Assembly (NCBI RefSeq): GCF_963921235.1
Contig: NC_086108.1
Location: forward strand, 16,802,001 to 16,866,000
Direction: 5' to 3'
Length of the DNA: 64,000 bases
From: Mobula hypostoma
Lineage: Eukaryota
The position numbers were made by a program, and so were the translations under genes. The notes beneath the pieces were generated by a model. That model was not told the origin of the DNA. It did not search any database and worked only from the letters and a program-made list of their open reading frames with translations. Positions 1 to 12,200 of the stretch are shown here, in pieces (position 1 is the first letter of the stretch; every line of letters begins with the position of its first letter).

Positions 1-540
1 GCATAATGCAACTTAACTAGCTTAGTTTGAACCTGTATATGTCCTAGAGCATTTACGTTATTTACCATGTGTTTGATTCCGTTGGTTTGAAGATGTATAT
101 TTTTACGTTTTATTGAATGTTTAATAAAACTGTAATAGTATTTGTAGCCCTTATTTATCCCACTTAACTATACGTTTTGTGTTTAATTTCATTGTGAAAA
201 GGTCAAAAAGAGCGTGGATAGGGAAAACCCGTAAGTTCTCTCTCCAGCACTCGTTGTTTGAGCACACAGACTTTTTTTCTTGTCATTATTCCCCAAACAA
301 CACAGTATAACAACTATTTACATAGCATTTACATTGTATTAGGTATTATAAGTAATCTAGAGATGATTTAAAGTATACGGGAGGATGTGCGTAGGTCCGG
401 AGCTCTCCCGGGTCCTAAAGTCCACCCGCACAGAGGCAGGTTAATTATCAATATAATTATCAATTTTCTAAAATCCGAAAAATTCTGAATTCCAAAATGC
501 AACTGGCCCCAAAGATTTCGGATAAGGGATTGTGGACCTG
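1..540 (+). mobile_element. Right part of a non-autonomous Tigger/pogo DNA transposon (left end outside window)
   Basis: Ends in TIR ...ATTTCGGATAAGGGATTGTGGACCTG followed by TA (541-542). Collinear with the complete copy at 25384-26227. Confidence 0.85.
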
Positions 541-649
541 TATTAATTCTTGATCTGTGCTGCTAAACCTTAACATTGGGATCAATGCTTTGTAAGGGGG
601 AAATAACCTAAGCTTTACTCTTGCCATCACCATTAAGTCCTCTGTTGAC

Positions 650-1437
650 TACTGGCCCTACATTCCTCTTTAGAACACCTGGAGAATAAAGATGCATACG
701 TAAGGTTCCTTTTCATTGACTACAGCTCTGCCTTTAATACCATCGTTCCAAATAAACTGATTCCTAAGCTCCGGAACCTGGACCTTAGCACTCAGATCTG
801 CAGCTGGATCTCAACTTCCTCACAGACAGTTTTTACGCTGTAAAAATAGGGGGCAAGCTCTCCTCTACAATCACTCTGAGCACCGGTGTCCCACAAGGCT
901 GTGTACTCAGCCCCCTGCTGTACTCACTGTACATCCATGATTGTGTAGCCAAGTTTCCATCAAACTCAATATATAAGTTTGCTGATGACACAGCAATTGT
1001 AGGCCGTATCTCGGGTAATGATGAATTTGAGTACAGAGAGGAAATTAAGAACCTGGTGGCATGGTGCGAAGACAATAACCTATCCCTCAACGTCAGCAAA
1101 ACAAAGGAATTGGTTGTTGACTTCAGAAGGAGTAGCGGACCGCACGACCCAACTTACATCAGTGGTGTGCAAGTGGAACAGGTCAAAAGCTTTAAGTTCC
1201 TCGGGGTCAATATCACAAATGACCTGGCTTGGTCCAACCAAGCAGAGTTCACTGCCAAGAAGGCCCACCAGCGCCTTTACTTCCTGAGAAAACTAAAGAA
1301 ATTTGGCCTGTCCCCTAAAACCCTCACTAATTTTTATAGATGCACCGTAGAAAGCATTCTTCCAGGGTGCATCACAACCTGGTATGGAAGTTGTTCTGTC
1401 CAAGACCGAAAGAAGCTGCAGAAGATCATGAACATGG
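650..1437 (+). mobile_element. Rex1/Babar-type LINE RT fragment, disrupted
   Basis: Translates to PQGCVLSPLLYSLY..KFADD and continues in ORF 1056-1559 (WCEDNNLSLNVSKTKELVVDFRR, KFLGVNI, AHQRLYFLRKLK). Boundaries approximate. Confidence 0.8.
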
Positions 1438-1891
1438 TACTGATAATTATCTTGAGATTCAATTTCTTTCAGTCATTTACAGGAAAAAATGCCAGCGATT
1501 ACCTGTCAGGATTTGATTCCCACTGCTGTTTGTTAGGAGTTTACACGTTCAGCCTGTGACCACATGGGTATCCTCTCCAAATATGTATGGTCAGGGCCTG
1601 TGTTAGTGCACTGTGGGCATGCTATATTGGTGCTGGAAACATCACAACATTTGTGAGCTGCTTGCAGCACAATCCTAGGGCTATGTTGGTCGTTGACATA
1701 ATATAAAACACTTCACAGTATGTTTCAATGTACATGTGACAAATAAAGCTCATTTATTCAATCTACGGAAAAAGCAGAACAAATTATCTCCACAAACAAC
1801 AGGAATTCTGCAGATGCTGGAAATTCAAGCAACATACATCAAAGTTGCTGGTGAACGCAGCAGGCCAGGCAGCATCTATAGGAAGAGGCGC

Positions 1892-1927
1892 AGTCGACGT
1901 TTCAGGCCGAGACCCTTCGTCAGGACT
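1892..1927 (-). ncRNA. Minimal type I hammerhead ribozyme motif, mirror copy
   Basis: Exact reverse complement of 1928-1963. Confidence 0.8.
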
Positions 1928-1963
1928 AGTCCTGACGAAGGGTCTCGGCCTGAAACGTCGACT
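1928..1963 (+). ncRNA. Minimal type I hammerhead ribozyme motif (PLE-type)
   Basis: AGUC-CUGACGA-AGG(GUCUCGG)CCU-GAAA-CGUC^GACU: intact core, helix I AGUC/GACU, helix II AGG/CCU, palindromic ACGU helix III. Predicted cleavage after C1959. Confidence 0.8.
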
Positions 1964-2171
1964 GCGCCTCTTCCTACAAATTATCTCCACGATAGTTTTC
2001 TATGATTTTGATAGAATTTTAATAAGGAAATACCAATGAAGGAAAAACTGTACATAAAATCCACTAATATAATTACCACATCATGTTCATTAAAGCTCAG
2101 TTTGGGTCTTGCCAGGTTCTTTCACTGTCAGATCCCCAACATTAGTCCAAACGTAAATTAGAAATCTTAAG

Positions 2172-3018
2172 TCCAGAGAGATTTAGGCCAGTTAGAAGAG
2201 TGGGCTGAAAGATGGCAGATGGAGTTTCATGCTGATAAATGTGAGGTGCTACATTTTGGTAGGACTAATCAAAATAGGACATACATGGTAAATGGTAGGG
2301 CATTGAAGAATGCAGTAAAACAGAGGGATCTAGGAACAATGGTGCATAGTTCCCTGAAGGTGGAATCTCATGTGGATAGGGTAGTGAAGAAAGCTTTTGG
2401 TATGCTGGCCTTTATAAATCAGAGCACTGAGTATAGGAGTTGGGATGTAATGTTAAAATTGTACAAGGCATTGGCAAGGCCAAATTTGGAGTATTGTGTA
2501 CAGTTCTGGTCACTGAATTATAGGAAAGATGTCAACAAAATAGAGAGAGTACAGAGAAGATTTACTAGAATGTTACCTGGGTTTCAGCACCTCAGTTACA
2601 GAGAAAGGTTGAACAAGTTGGGTCTTTATTCTTTGGAGCGTAGAAGGTTGAGGGGGGACTTAATAGAGGTATTTAAAATTATGAGGAGGATAGACAGAGT
2701 TGACGTGGATAGGCTTTTTCCATTGAGAGCAGGGGAGATTCAAACAAGAGGACATGAGTTGAGAGTTAGGGGGCAAAAGTTTAGGGGTAACATGAGGGGG
2801 AACTTCTTTACTCAGAAAACGAGCTTCCAGCAGAAGTGGTAGAGGCAGGTTCGATATCATCATTTAAAGTAAAATTGGATAGATATATGGACAGGAAAGG
2901 AATGGAGGGTTATGGGCTGAGTGCAGGTCAGTGGGACTAGGTGAGATTAAGCGTTCGGCACGGACTAGAAGGGCCGAGATGGCCTGTTTCCATGCTGTAA
3001 TTGGTATATGGTTATATA
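2172..3018 (+). mobile_element. CR1 LINE, 5'-truncated 3' end
   Basis: ORF 2219-2842 with CR1 ORF2 C-terminal motifs (KCEVLHFG, RPNLEYCVQFWS, LERRRLRGDLIEVFK); CR1-type 3' UTR and TATGGT-like tail. Confidence 0.9.
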
Positions 3019-3751
3019 AGTGAGGTAATAGTGACAAACCTTCACAAGAAGGCACAATATGAATCAGCATATCATGAAGGAGCAGTAGCAATACAGTTGT
3101 CAATGTAGTGCAGAAAGAGTTGGGGAGTTAGTCAGATACAGCCTTCCCTAAGCAGATCCATCCTGTCTTTGAAAATTCTATTCCGTATTAAATGGAGTTT
3201 TATACCATCTCTCAGAATTGATTTCAGTAATTTATGCGAACATAAAATTAAAGTAACTGGCTTGTAATTACTTTGTTTATCCTTTCTTTCTTCTTAAGCA
3301 ATGGTACAACATTAACAACCCTCCCGTAGCTAGAGATAATTGCCAAATTATGGCCATGGCTTCTGAAATTGCTTTCCTTTTACATCCTGGGATACATTTC
3401 TTCTGGGAATGGTCACATATTCATTTCCAAAGGTATTTTGCATGCGGAAATTTTACTTTAATGTGTTTTTTCCATCCACTTATACACATCATCCATCAGT
3501 ATATCATTAGTATTATGCCCTTTTTTGCAAACACAGCTACAAGCTACAAAGTATATTAATTATCAAAGTATGCATGCAGCACACAACCCTAAGATTCGTC
3601 TTCTCCACAGAGAGCCACAAAACAAATAAAACCATGGAATTGATTCAAAGAAAAACACCAAACACCACACACACAAAAAAAGAACAACAAATCGCACGAA
3701 TGGCAAAAAAAAAGCGGAAAACGCAGAATATAAACTCAAAAGAGTACAGGC

Positions 3752-4990
3752 CACATTTAGATCCTCTCCAGTTCACCTACCAGCCCCGACTAGGAGTTGC
3801 GGATGCCATCGTCTACCTGCAGAACCGTGTCTACGCCCACCTGGACAAGCCAGCGACCACTGTGAGGGTCATGTTTTTTGACTTCTCCACCATCCGCCCT
3901 GCTCTGCTGGGGGAGAAGCTGACAGCGATGCAGGTGGATGCTTCCCTGGTATCATGGATTCTTGATTACCTGACTGGCAGACGACAGTACGTGTGCTTGC
4001 AACACTGCGTGTCCGACAGAGTGATCAGCAGCACTGGGGATCCACAAGGGACTGTCTTGTCACCCTTTCTCTTCACCATTTACACCTCGGACTTCAACTA
4101 CTGCACAGAGTCTTGTCATCTTCAGAAGTTTTCGGATGACTCTGCCGTAGTTGGATGCATCAGCAAGGAAGATAAGGCTGAGTACAGGGCTAAGGTAGGA
4201 AACTTTGTCACATGGTGTGAGCAGAATTATCTGCAGTTAATGTGAAAAAGACTAAGGAGCTGGTGGTAGACCTGAGGAGAGCTAAGGTACCAGTGACTCC
4301 TGTTTCCATCCAGGAGGTCAGTGTGACATGGTGGAGGATTACAAATACCCGGGGATACGAATTGACAATAAACTGGACTGGTCTAAGAACACTGAGGCTG
4401 TCTACAAGAAGGGTCAGAGCTGTCTCTATTTCCTGTGGAGACTGAGGTCCTTCAACATCTGCCGGACGATGCTGAGGATGTTCTAAGAGTCTGTGGTGGC
4501 CAGTGCTATCATGTTTGCTGTTGCGTGCTGGGGCAGCAGGCTGAGGGTAGCAGACACCAACAGAATCAACAAACTTATTCGTAAGGCCAGTGATGTTGTG
4601 GGGATGGAACTGGACTCTCTCACGGTGGTGTCTGAAAAGAGGATGCTGTCTAAGTTGCATGCCATCTTGGACAATGTCTCCCATCCACTACATAATGTAC
4701 TGGGTGGGCACAAGAGTACATTCAGCCAGAGACTCATTCCACCGAGATGCAGCACAGAGCGTCATAGGAAGTCATTCCTGCCTGTGGACCATCAAACTTT
4801 ACAACTCCTCCCGTGGAGGGTCAGACACCCTGAGCCAATAGGCTGGTCCTGACTTATTTCATAATTTACTGGCATAATTTACATATTACTATTTAACTAT
4901 TTATGTTTCTATTACTATTTATTATTTATGGTGCAACTGTAACAAAAACCAATTTCCCCCGGGATCAATAAAGTATGACTATGACTATGA
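3752..4990 (+). mobile_element. Rex1/Babar LINE, 5'-truncated, frameshifted
   Basis: RT motifs DPLQFTYQP, PQGTVLSPFLFTIY, KFSDD; (ACTATG)n tail after AATAAA. Near-identical 3' part at 21397-22083. Confidence 0.9.
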
Positions 4991-5217
4991 CCATATTCAG
5001 TTCACATCTGCAGGCCTCCCCAATCAAAATTGCCCAAAACAGCAACAAAAAGGAAGAGCTACCAGAAACCAGAAACACACCGCAATGTGAACCACAGAAT
5101 CCAATCCACAAATCGTGTCGATCAAACCCTGGCCAAAACCCAGAAATCCAGCACCATCATCAGAAAGCATCATGGGAGAGAGACCATTCAAACGCAGGGA
5201 CCTTCCTTCGGGAGCTG

Positions 5218-5560
<343 letters not shown>

Positions 5561-5867
5561 GCAAATGAACCTTCACGCACAGACACCCTCCTCCGGCATC
5601 AACAAATGAGAGGATGGTGGACAGGCTGAATACCCGTTGCCCTCTGCACTCGCCTTGATGATTTCAATCTTTCTTGGTGATTTGGTCAGTGAGATCAGGG
5701 AGAAATGGAGGCGATCAAGGGCTCATGCCCCATCTCCAGGTTTCTTGGCCTTGAGACTGCACGTTTTACGTGAAGTCTCATGGAACCCTCTCGGTGACAG
5801 GAAAGTGCCAGATTGCTCAATTGGCCCAACGACACACCACTAAGCTGCAGATCACAGGCTCCAGCAG

Positions 5868-7990
5868 AACCATACCATAGAAACCATAGAACCATAGAAA
5901 CTACAGCACAGAAACAGGCCCTTTGGCCCTTCTTGGCTGTGCCGAACCATTTTCTGCCTAGTCCCACTGACCTGCACACGGACCACATCCCTCCATACAC
6001 CTCCCATCCATGTATCTGCCCAATTTATTCTTAAATGTTAAAAAAGAACCCGCATTTACCACCTCGTCTGGCAGCTCATTCCATACTCCCACCACGCTCT
6101 GTGTGAAGAAGCCCCCCCTAATGTTCCCTTTAAACTTTTCCCCCCTCACCCTTAACCCATGTCCTCTGGTTTTTTTCTCCCCTTGCCTCAGTGGAAAAAG
6201 CCTGCTTGCATTCACTCTATCTGTACCCATCATTATCTTATATACCTCTATCAAATCTCCTCTCATTCTTCTACGCTCCAGGGAATAAAGTCCTAACCTA
6301 TTCAACCTTTCTCTGTAACTGAGTTTCTCAAGTCCCGGCAACATCCTTGTAAACCTTCTCTGCACTCTTTCAACCTTATTTATATCCTTCCTGTAATTTG
6401 GTGACCAAAACTGAACACAATACTCCAGATTCGGCCTCACCAATGCCTTATACAACCTCATCATAACATTCCAGCTCTTATACTCAATACTTTGATTAAT
6501 AAAGGCCAATGTACCAAAAGCTCTCTTTACGACCCTATCTACCTGTGACGACACTTTTAGGGAATTTTGTATCTGTATTCCCAGATCCCTCTGTTCCACT
6601 GCACTCCTCAGTGCCTTACCATTAACCCCGTATGTTCTACGTTGGTTTGTCCTTCCAACGTGCAATACCTCACACTTGTCAGTATTAAACTCCATCTGCC
6701 ATTTTTCAGCCCATTTTTCCAGTTGGTCCAAGTCCCTCTGCAGGCTCTGAAAACCTTCCTCACTGTCTACTACATCTCCAATCTTTGTATCATCAGCAAA
6801 CTTGCTGATCCAATTTACCACATTATCATCCAGATCATTGATATAGATGACAAGTAACAATGGACCCAGCACTGATCCCTGTGGCACACCACTAGTCACA
6901 GGCCTCCACTCGGAGAAGCAATTCTCTACCACCACTCTCTGGCTTCTTCCATCGAGCCAATGTCTAATCCAATTTACCACCTCTCCATGTATACCTAGCG
7001 ACTGAATTTTCCTAACTAACCTCCCATGCAGGACCTTGTCAAAGGCCTTACTGAAGTCCATGTAGACAATATCCACTTTCCTGGTAACCTCCTTGAAAAA
7101 CTCCAACAGATTGGTCAAACATGACCTACCACGCACAAAGCCATGTTGATTCTCCCTAATAAGCCCCTGTCTATCCAAATGCTTGTAGATTCTGTCTCTT
7201 AGTACTCCCTCCAATAACTTACCCACTACCGACGTTAAACTCGCTGGCCTATAATTTCCCGGATTACTTTTCGATCCTTTTTTAAACAACGGAACAACAT
7301 GAGCCACTCTCCAATCCTCCGGCACTTCACTCGTAGACAGCGACATTTTAAATATTTCTGCCAGGGACCCTGCAATTTCAACACTAGTCTCCTTCAAGGT
7401 CCGAGGGAACACTCTGTCAGGTCCCGGGGATTTATCCACTTTAATTTTCCTCAAGACAGCAAGCACCTCCTCCTTTTCAATCTGTACAGTTTCCATGGTC
7501 TCACTACTTGATTCCCTCAATTCCATAGATTTCATGCCAGCTTCCTTGGTAAATACAGACGCAAAAAACCTATTTAAGATCTCCCCCATTTCCTTTGGTT
7601 CCGCACAAAGCCGACCACTCTGATCTTCAAGAGGACCAATTTTATCCCTTACAATCCTTTTGCTCTTAATATACTTGTAAAAGCTGTTTGGATTATCCTT
7701 CACTTTGACTGCCAAGGCAAACTCATGTCTTCTTTTTGCCCTCCTGATTTCTTTCTTAAGTATTTTCATGCACTTCTTATACTCCTCAAGCACCTGATTT
7801 ACCCCCTGTTTCCTATATATTTCATACAACTCCCTCTTGTTCTTTATCAGAGTTGCAATATCCCTTGAGAACCAAGGTTCCTTATTCCTATTCAATTTGC
7901 CTTTAATCCTGACAGGAACATACAAACTCTGCACTCTCAAAATTTCCCCTTTGAAGGCTTTCCACCTACCAATCACATCTTTGCCAGAAA
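5868..7990 (-). mobile_element. CR1 LINE, 5'-truncated (no endonuclease), uninterrupted RT reading frame
   Basis: ORF 5958-8057 with KSPGPD, NYRPASLTS, DFSKAFD, GVPQGSVLGP, KFADD; (TATGGTT)n tail at 5868-5900. Confidence 0.95.
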
Positions 7991-8007
7991 CATAGTTGAA
8001 AGAAAAA

Positions 8008-8178
8008 CAAGCAACACACATAAAAATTGCTGGTGAAGACAGCAGGCCAGGCAGCACCTATAGGAAGAGGTACAGTTGACATCTCCTCCTATAGATGCTG
8101 CCTGGCCTGCTGCGCTCACTAGCAATTTTTATGTGTGTTGCTTGAAATTCCAGCATCTGCAGATTTCCTCGTGTTTGC
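8008..8178. mobile_element. Short PLE pLTR foldback insertion, hammerhead core absent
   Basis: TSD GTTGAAAGAAAAA at 7995-8007 and 8179-8191; inverted arms of about 60 bp. Confidence 0.8.
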
Positions 8179-9082
8179 GTTGAAAGAAAAAGATGATGTA
8201 AAGTAAGTAATTTCATGAACTGTCTACAGTATGTCACCCTCAGTCACGTTATTTGCTGGCTCCATCTTCTTCTGGTACCTTTTATTTTTTTGCCTTACCC
8301 ATTAGGCTTTGTCATCTGGGGTCTATCAATTTGCAGTCCCGCCATTTTTCTTTGAGGCCACATGTTTACCTTTGAATCTCATCTTGAAAGACCCTGAGAT
8401 TGATTTATAATCATTTGGTCACAGTCCATTTTTCTAAATTACTTTTCAACTCAGTGAAATGTTCCTTACTCCAATTTAGAACTTTTATCCTATTTCTTTG
8501 ATTCAATTCTGTCTAAGACTCCTGGACCTGATTATTAAGTGTTTACTCATTACATAGATGCTGGCTGACCTACTTAACGTTTCCAAATTTTCTGTTTTAA
8601 TTTCATTGCTTTGTCGTCAATTGATCTACTGAACGAAACTTCTACTAAGCACAACAATGGGAAAACTTACAACAGTGATTCAAGGCATCACTTTTTCAAG
8701 GGTACTTAGGGATGAATTACAAATGTTGGCTTCGCTAGTAGCACCCATATCACATGAATATTACAACTAAAAACTGAAGAACATGCAGCAGGATTGCCAT
8801 TGGCCATCACAGATTTCTGATCTATGTCATAACTTAGTGCTCAGGTTGCTTCAATAAGATTAGGTCTTTCAATTTGTCTCACACACCATGTCTTTCCACA
8901 ATGTTGCTCTTGTGGTTTGGAGATAAAATTCATTCCATTTGTTGGGAAAAAGGTTTGGGAAAGAAGCTCACGGGACTTCCCCTAATTTCTCTGTCAGAAA
9001 GGATTTGGCATTTACTCTGCATCCTCGATAATCCAAATGGCATCAAGCATTTGCAGTGTTGACAATAAGTGGCTTGCATCAA

Positions 9083-10590
9083 GGCACAGCGGTAGCATAG
9101 TGGTTAGTGAAACACTGTTAAAGTTCAGGCATCTCACAGTTTGGAATTCAATTCCGGCACTGTCCTTAAGGTGTTTGTATGTTCTCCTCGTGAACCCAGG
9201 GGTTTTTGTTCTCCCTGTGAACCCAAGGGTTTCCTTTAGATGCTCTGGTTTCCTGCCACAGTCTAAAGATGTACCAGTTAGTAGGTTAATTGGTCATTGA
9301 AAATTGTCCTGTGATTAGACTAGGGCAGTGGTCCCCAACCACCGGGCCACAGACTGGTACCGGGCTGTGAGAAACGATATGATTTGGCGATATGAGTCAG
9401 CTGCACCTTTCCTCATTCCCTGTCACACTCACTGTTGAACTTGAACGCATGCGAGATCATTACGCACGCGTCATCCATGTCAGTGTGGGAAGGAGATCAA
9501 CTCCTCGAGCTTGCAAATGACGACGGGCTGAAAAGCATGTTTAACATAACATCTCTGCCAGCATTCTGGATCAAAGTCAAGGCTAAATATTCTGAGACAG
9601 CCACGAAAGCACTGAAAACATTGCTTCCATTTCCAACATATCTCTGCAATGAATGCAACGAAAACTAAATTGCGGAATAGACGGGACGTAAGGAACCTCC
9701 TTCGAGTATCGCTGTCTCCCATCACCCCGATAGGACCGTCTTGTTGCAGGGAAACAAGCTCAGGGCTCCCACTGATTCAGCGATATTGGTGTGTTGCAAT
9801 GATTTTATATGTTCATATGGGGAAAATATGTGCTGTATGTTTAATATCCAAACGTTACTTTAAATGGTATGATGCTATTGACTTATATAACTATATAACA
9901 ATTACAGCACGGAAACAGGCCATCTCTCCCCTTCTAGTCTGTGCCGAACGCTACTCTCACCTAGTCCCACCGACCTGCACTCAGCCCATAACCCTCCATT
10001 CCTTTCCTGTCCATATACCTAACCAATTTTTCTTTAAATGATAATATCCAACCTGCCTCTACCACTTCCACTGGAAGTTTGTTCAACACTTACTTCAAGC
10101 TCCCCTGTCCTCCCCTGATAATTGACTTATCACTATATTCATGCAAGGAAAATACGTGCTGTGTGTTTAATATTAAATTCGTTAGATAAACCCTTTTAGA
10201 AACGAAATTGAGTGTATTAGCCACTTATCACCTATATTGCGTTCGGTGATTAACACTCCTCCCCAACGAACAAAATTGCCAAAAACGATTTGTAGAAGGA
10301 AACCGGCACGCACACACGTGCAAATCACACATGCGCACTGGTTCCCGCACAAAGCTTCATGGTCATTGTAGTCTTTCTCCGGGTAAACCCAACATATATG
10401 ACTGCTACTCTTGTTCGTTGGCAACTCTACCACCACCCACCCCCCCCCGCCCCCGATGGGCCCGTTCGCAAGAATATTGTCAATATGAAACTGGTCCGCA
10501 GTGCGACAAAGGTTGGGGACCCCTGGACTAGGGTTAAATAAGTGGGTTGCTGGGTGGTGCAACCTGTTGAACTGGAGCTCTAAATAATAA
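9083..10590 (+). mobile_element. tRNA-derived V-SINE, split by a hAT insertion
   Basis: A-box-like TAGCATAGTGG, B-box-like TTCAATTCC, degenerate V-domain GGTTTCCTGCCACAGTCTAAAGATGT; sequence resumes after 10525. Confidence 0.65.
9326..10525 (+). mobile_element. Non-autonomous hAT-Charlie element with transposase C-terminal remnant
   Basis: TIRs CAGTGGTCCCCAACC / GGTTGGGGACCCCTG; 8-bp TSD GACTAGGG; hAT dimerisation-domain remnant FWIKVKAKYSETATKALKTLLPFPTYLC; nested minus-strand CR1 tail near 9887-10076. Confidence 0.9.
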
Positions 10591-11104
10591 ATAATAAAAT
10601 CCTCACTGTAAAACAAATCCTCCATAAAACAAAGCAGGAGCAATTTCTTCATTAAGGTCAATTGAACTGTAAAGGAATTGCAATGACAATCTGTCATATC
10701 TCAGTTTGTCATATATCACAAATTCCTTTCTTCTACACTTCACAGACTTCAAAGTTTAAAGTAAATTTATTATCAAAGTACATCTATGTTACTGATAATT
10801 ATTTTGAGATTTAATTTCTTTCAGCCATTTACAGGAAAAAATACAATAGAATTTTACAAACACCTATACATAAACAAAGACTGACCTACACCAATGGGCA
10901 AAAACCGTCTGTGCAAATAAAAATAACACAGAGAACGTGGGTTGTAAAGAGTCCTTGAAAGTGTGTCTAGATCATAGAATCAATTCAGAATGAAGTTATC
11001 TACACTGGCTCAGGAACTTGATAGTTGAAGGATAATAACTTTTCCTGAACCTGGTGGTGTGGGATCTAAGGCTTTTGTACCTCCTACCCAATTGTAGCAA
11101 CGAA

Positions 11105-12200
11105 AACATAAAGCATAGAATCTTACAGCACAGTACAAACCCTTCAGACCATGACGTTGTGCTGACCTTTTAACCTGCTTTAAGATCAATCAAACTTTTA
11201 ACTCTTACATAGCCCTCCATTTTTCTATCATCCACTTGCCTAGCTAAGTGTTTCTTAAATGCCTCTACCACCACCCATGTCAGGCGTTCCACACACCCAC
11301 CACTCTCTGTGTAAAAAGCATACCTCTATGACACTCCCGATATACGTTGATCAAATCACCTAAAAATTATGCCCCATTGTATTAGCCAGTTCCATCCTGG
11401 CTTTGACATCTTTGACTATTCACTCTTTCTCATCTGTACACCCCTCAACTCTGTTCCAAAAAGAAAAGTCGTAGCTCACTCAACCTATCCTCACAAGACA
11501 TGCACTCTCATCCAGACAACATCCTGGTAAATCTCCTCTACACCTTCTCTAAAGCTTCCACATCCTTCCAATGAACTGAACACCGTATTCCATGTGCGAT
11601 ATGACTAATGAAGGCCAACATACCACATGCCTTCTTTAACAATCCTATCAACTTGCACGGCAACTTTGAGGGATCTATGGATGTTGACTCAAAGATCCCT
11701 CTGTTCCTCCACACTGCTAAGATCCTTACTACTTTTTCCAAGTTGAACTCCATCTTCCAATTTTCAACCCAGCTCTGCATCCTGTCAATGTCCCATTGTA
11801 ACCTACGACAACCTTCTGCACTATCCACATCTCCACCAACTTTCCACCAGAAGGAGACATGGCCTGGATGGTGGTGGTCTTTGATGATGAATGATGCTTT
11901 CCTGTGGCAGTACTCAGTGGTGGGAAGGGCTTTGCTTGTGATGAACTGGGTTGTATCCAACACTTTAGTTGTAGCAGGCCGTGATGCAACCAGTTAGAAC
12001 ACTCTCCACTGCGCATCCACAGAAATTTATCAGCATTTTGGGGATATACTGAATGTACAAAATGTCTAAAGATACTGTTGTGCCTTCTTTGTAACAACAC
12101 TTACACGCAGATCCCAGGACACAAACTCTGATATGTTGATGCCAAGGAATTTAAAGCTACTGACATTCTCCATCTCCATTCCCCTAATGTGAACTGCTCA
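11105..12200 (-). mobile_element. Degenerate CR1 3' end (about 11105-11845) abutting a Rex1-like fragment (about 11845-12200)
   Basis: Remnants RLQWDIDRMQSWVENWKMEFN (CR1) and KASFIIKDHHHPGH (Rex1-like). Confidence 0.6.

Larger units (their letters stand above)
1794..1975. mobile_element. Short Penelope-like (PLE pLTR) foldback insertion
   Basis: TSD ACAAATTATCTCCAC at 1779-1793 and 1976-1990. Perfect 98-bp palindrome 1879-1976. Same pLTR sequence is attached to GIY-YIG fragments at 53012-53645 and 59185-60330. Confidence 0.85.

Noticed and set aside
7991..8057. N-terminal extension of the 699-aa ORF (MLPGLLSSPAIF...)
   Set aside because: Chance read-through from the adjacent PLE insertion; not part of the CR1.
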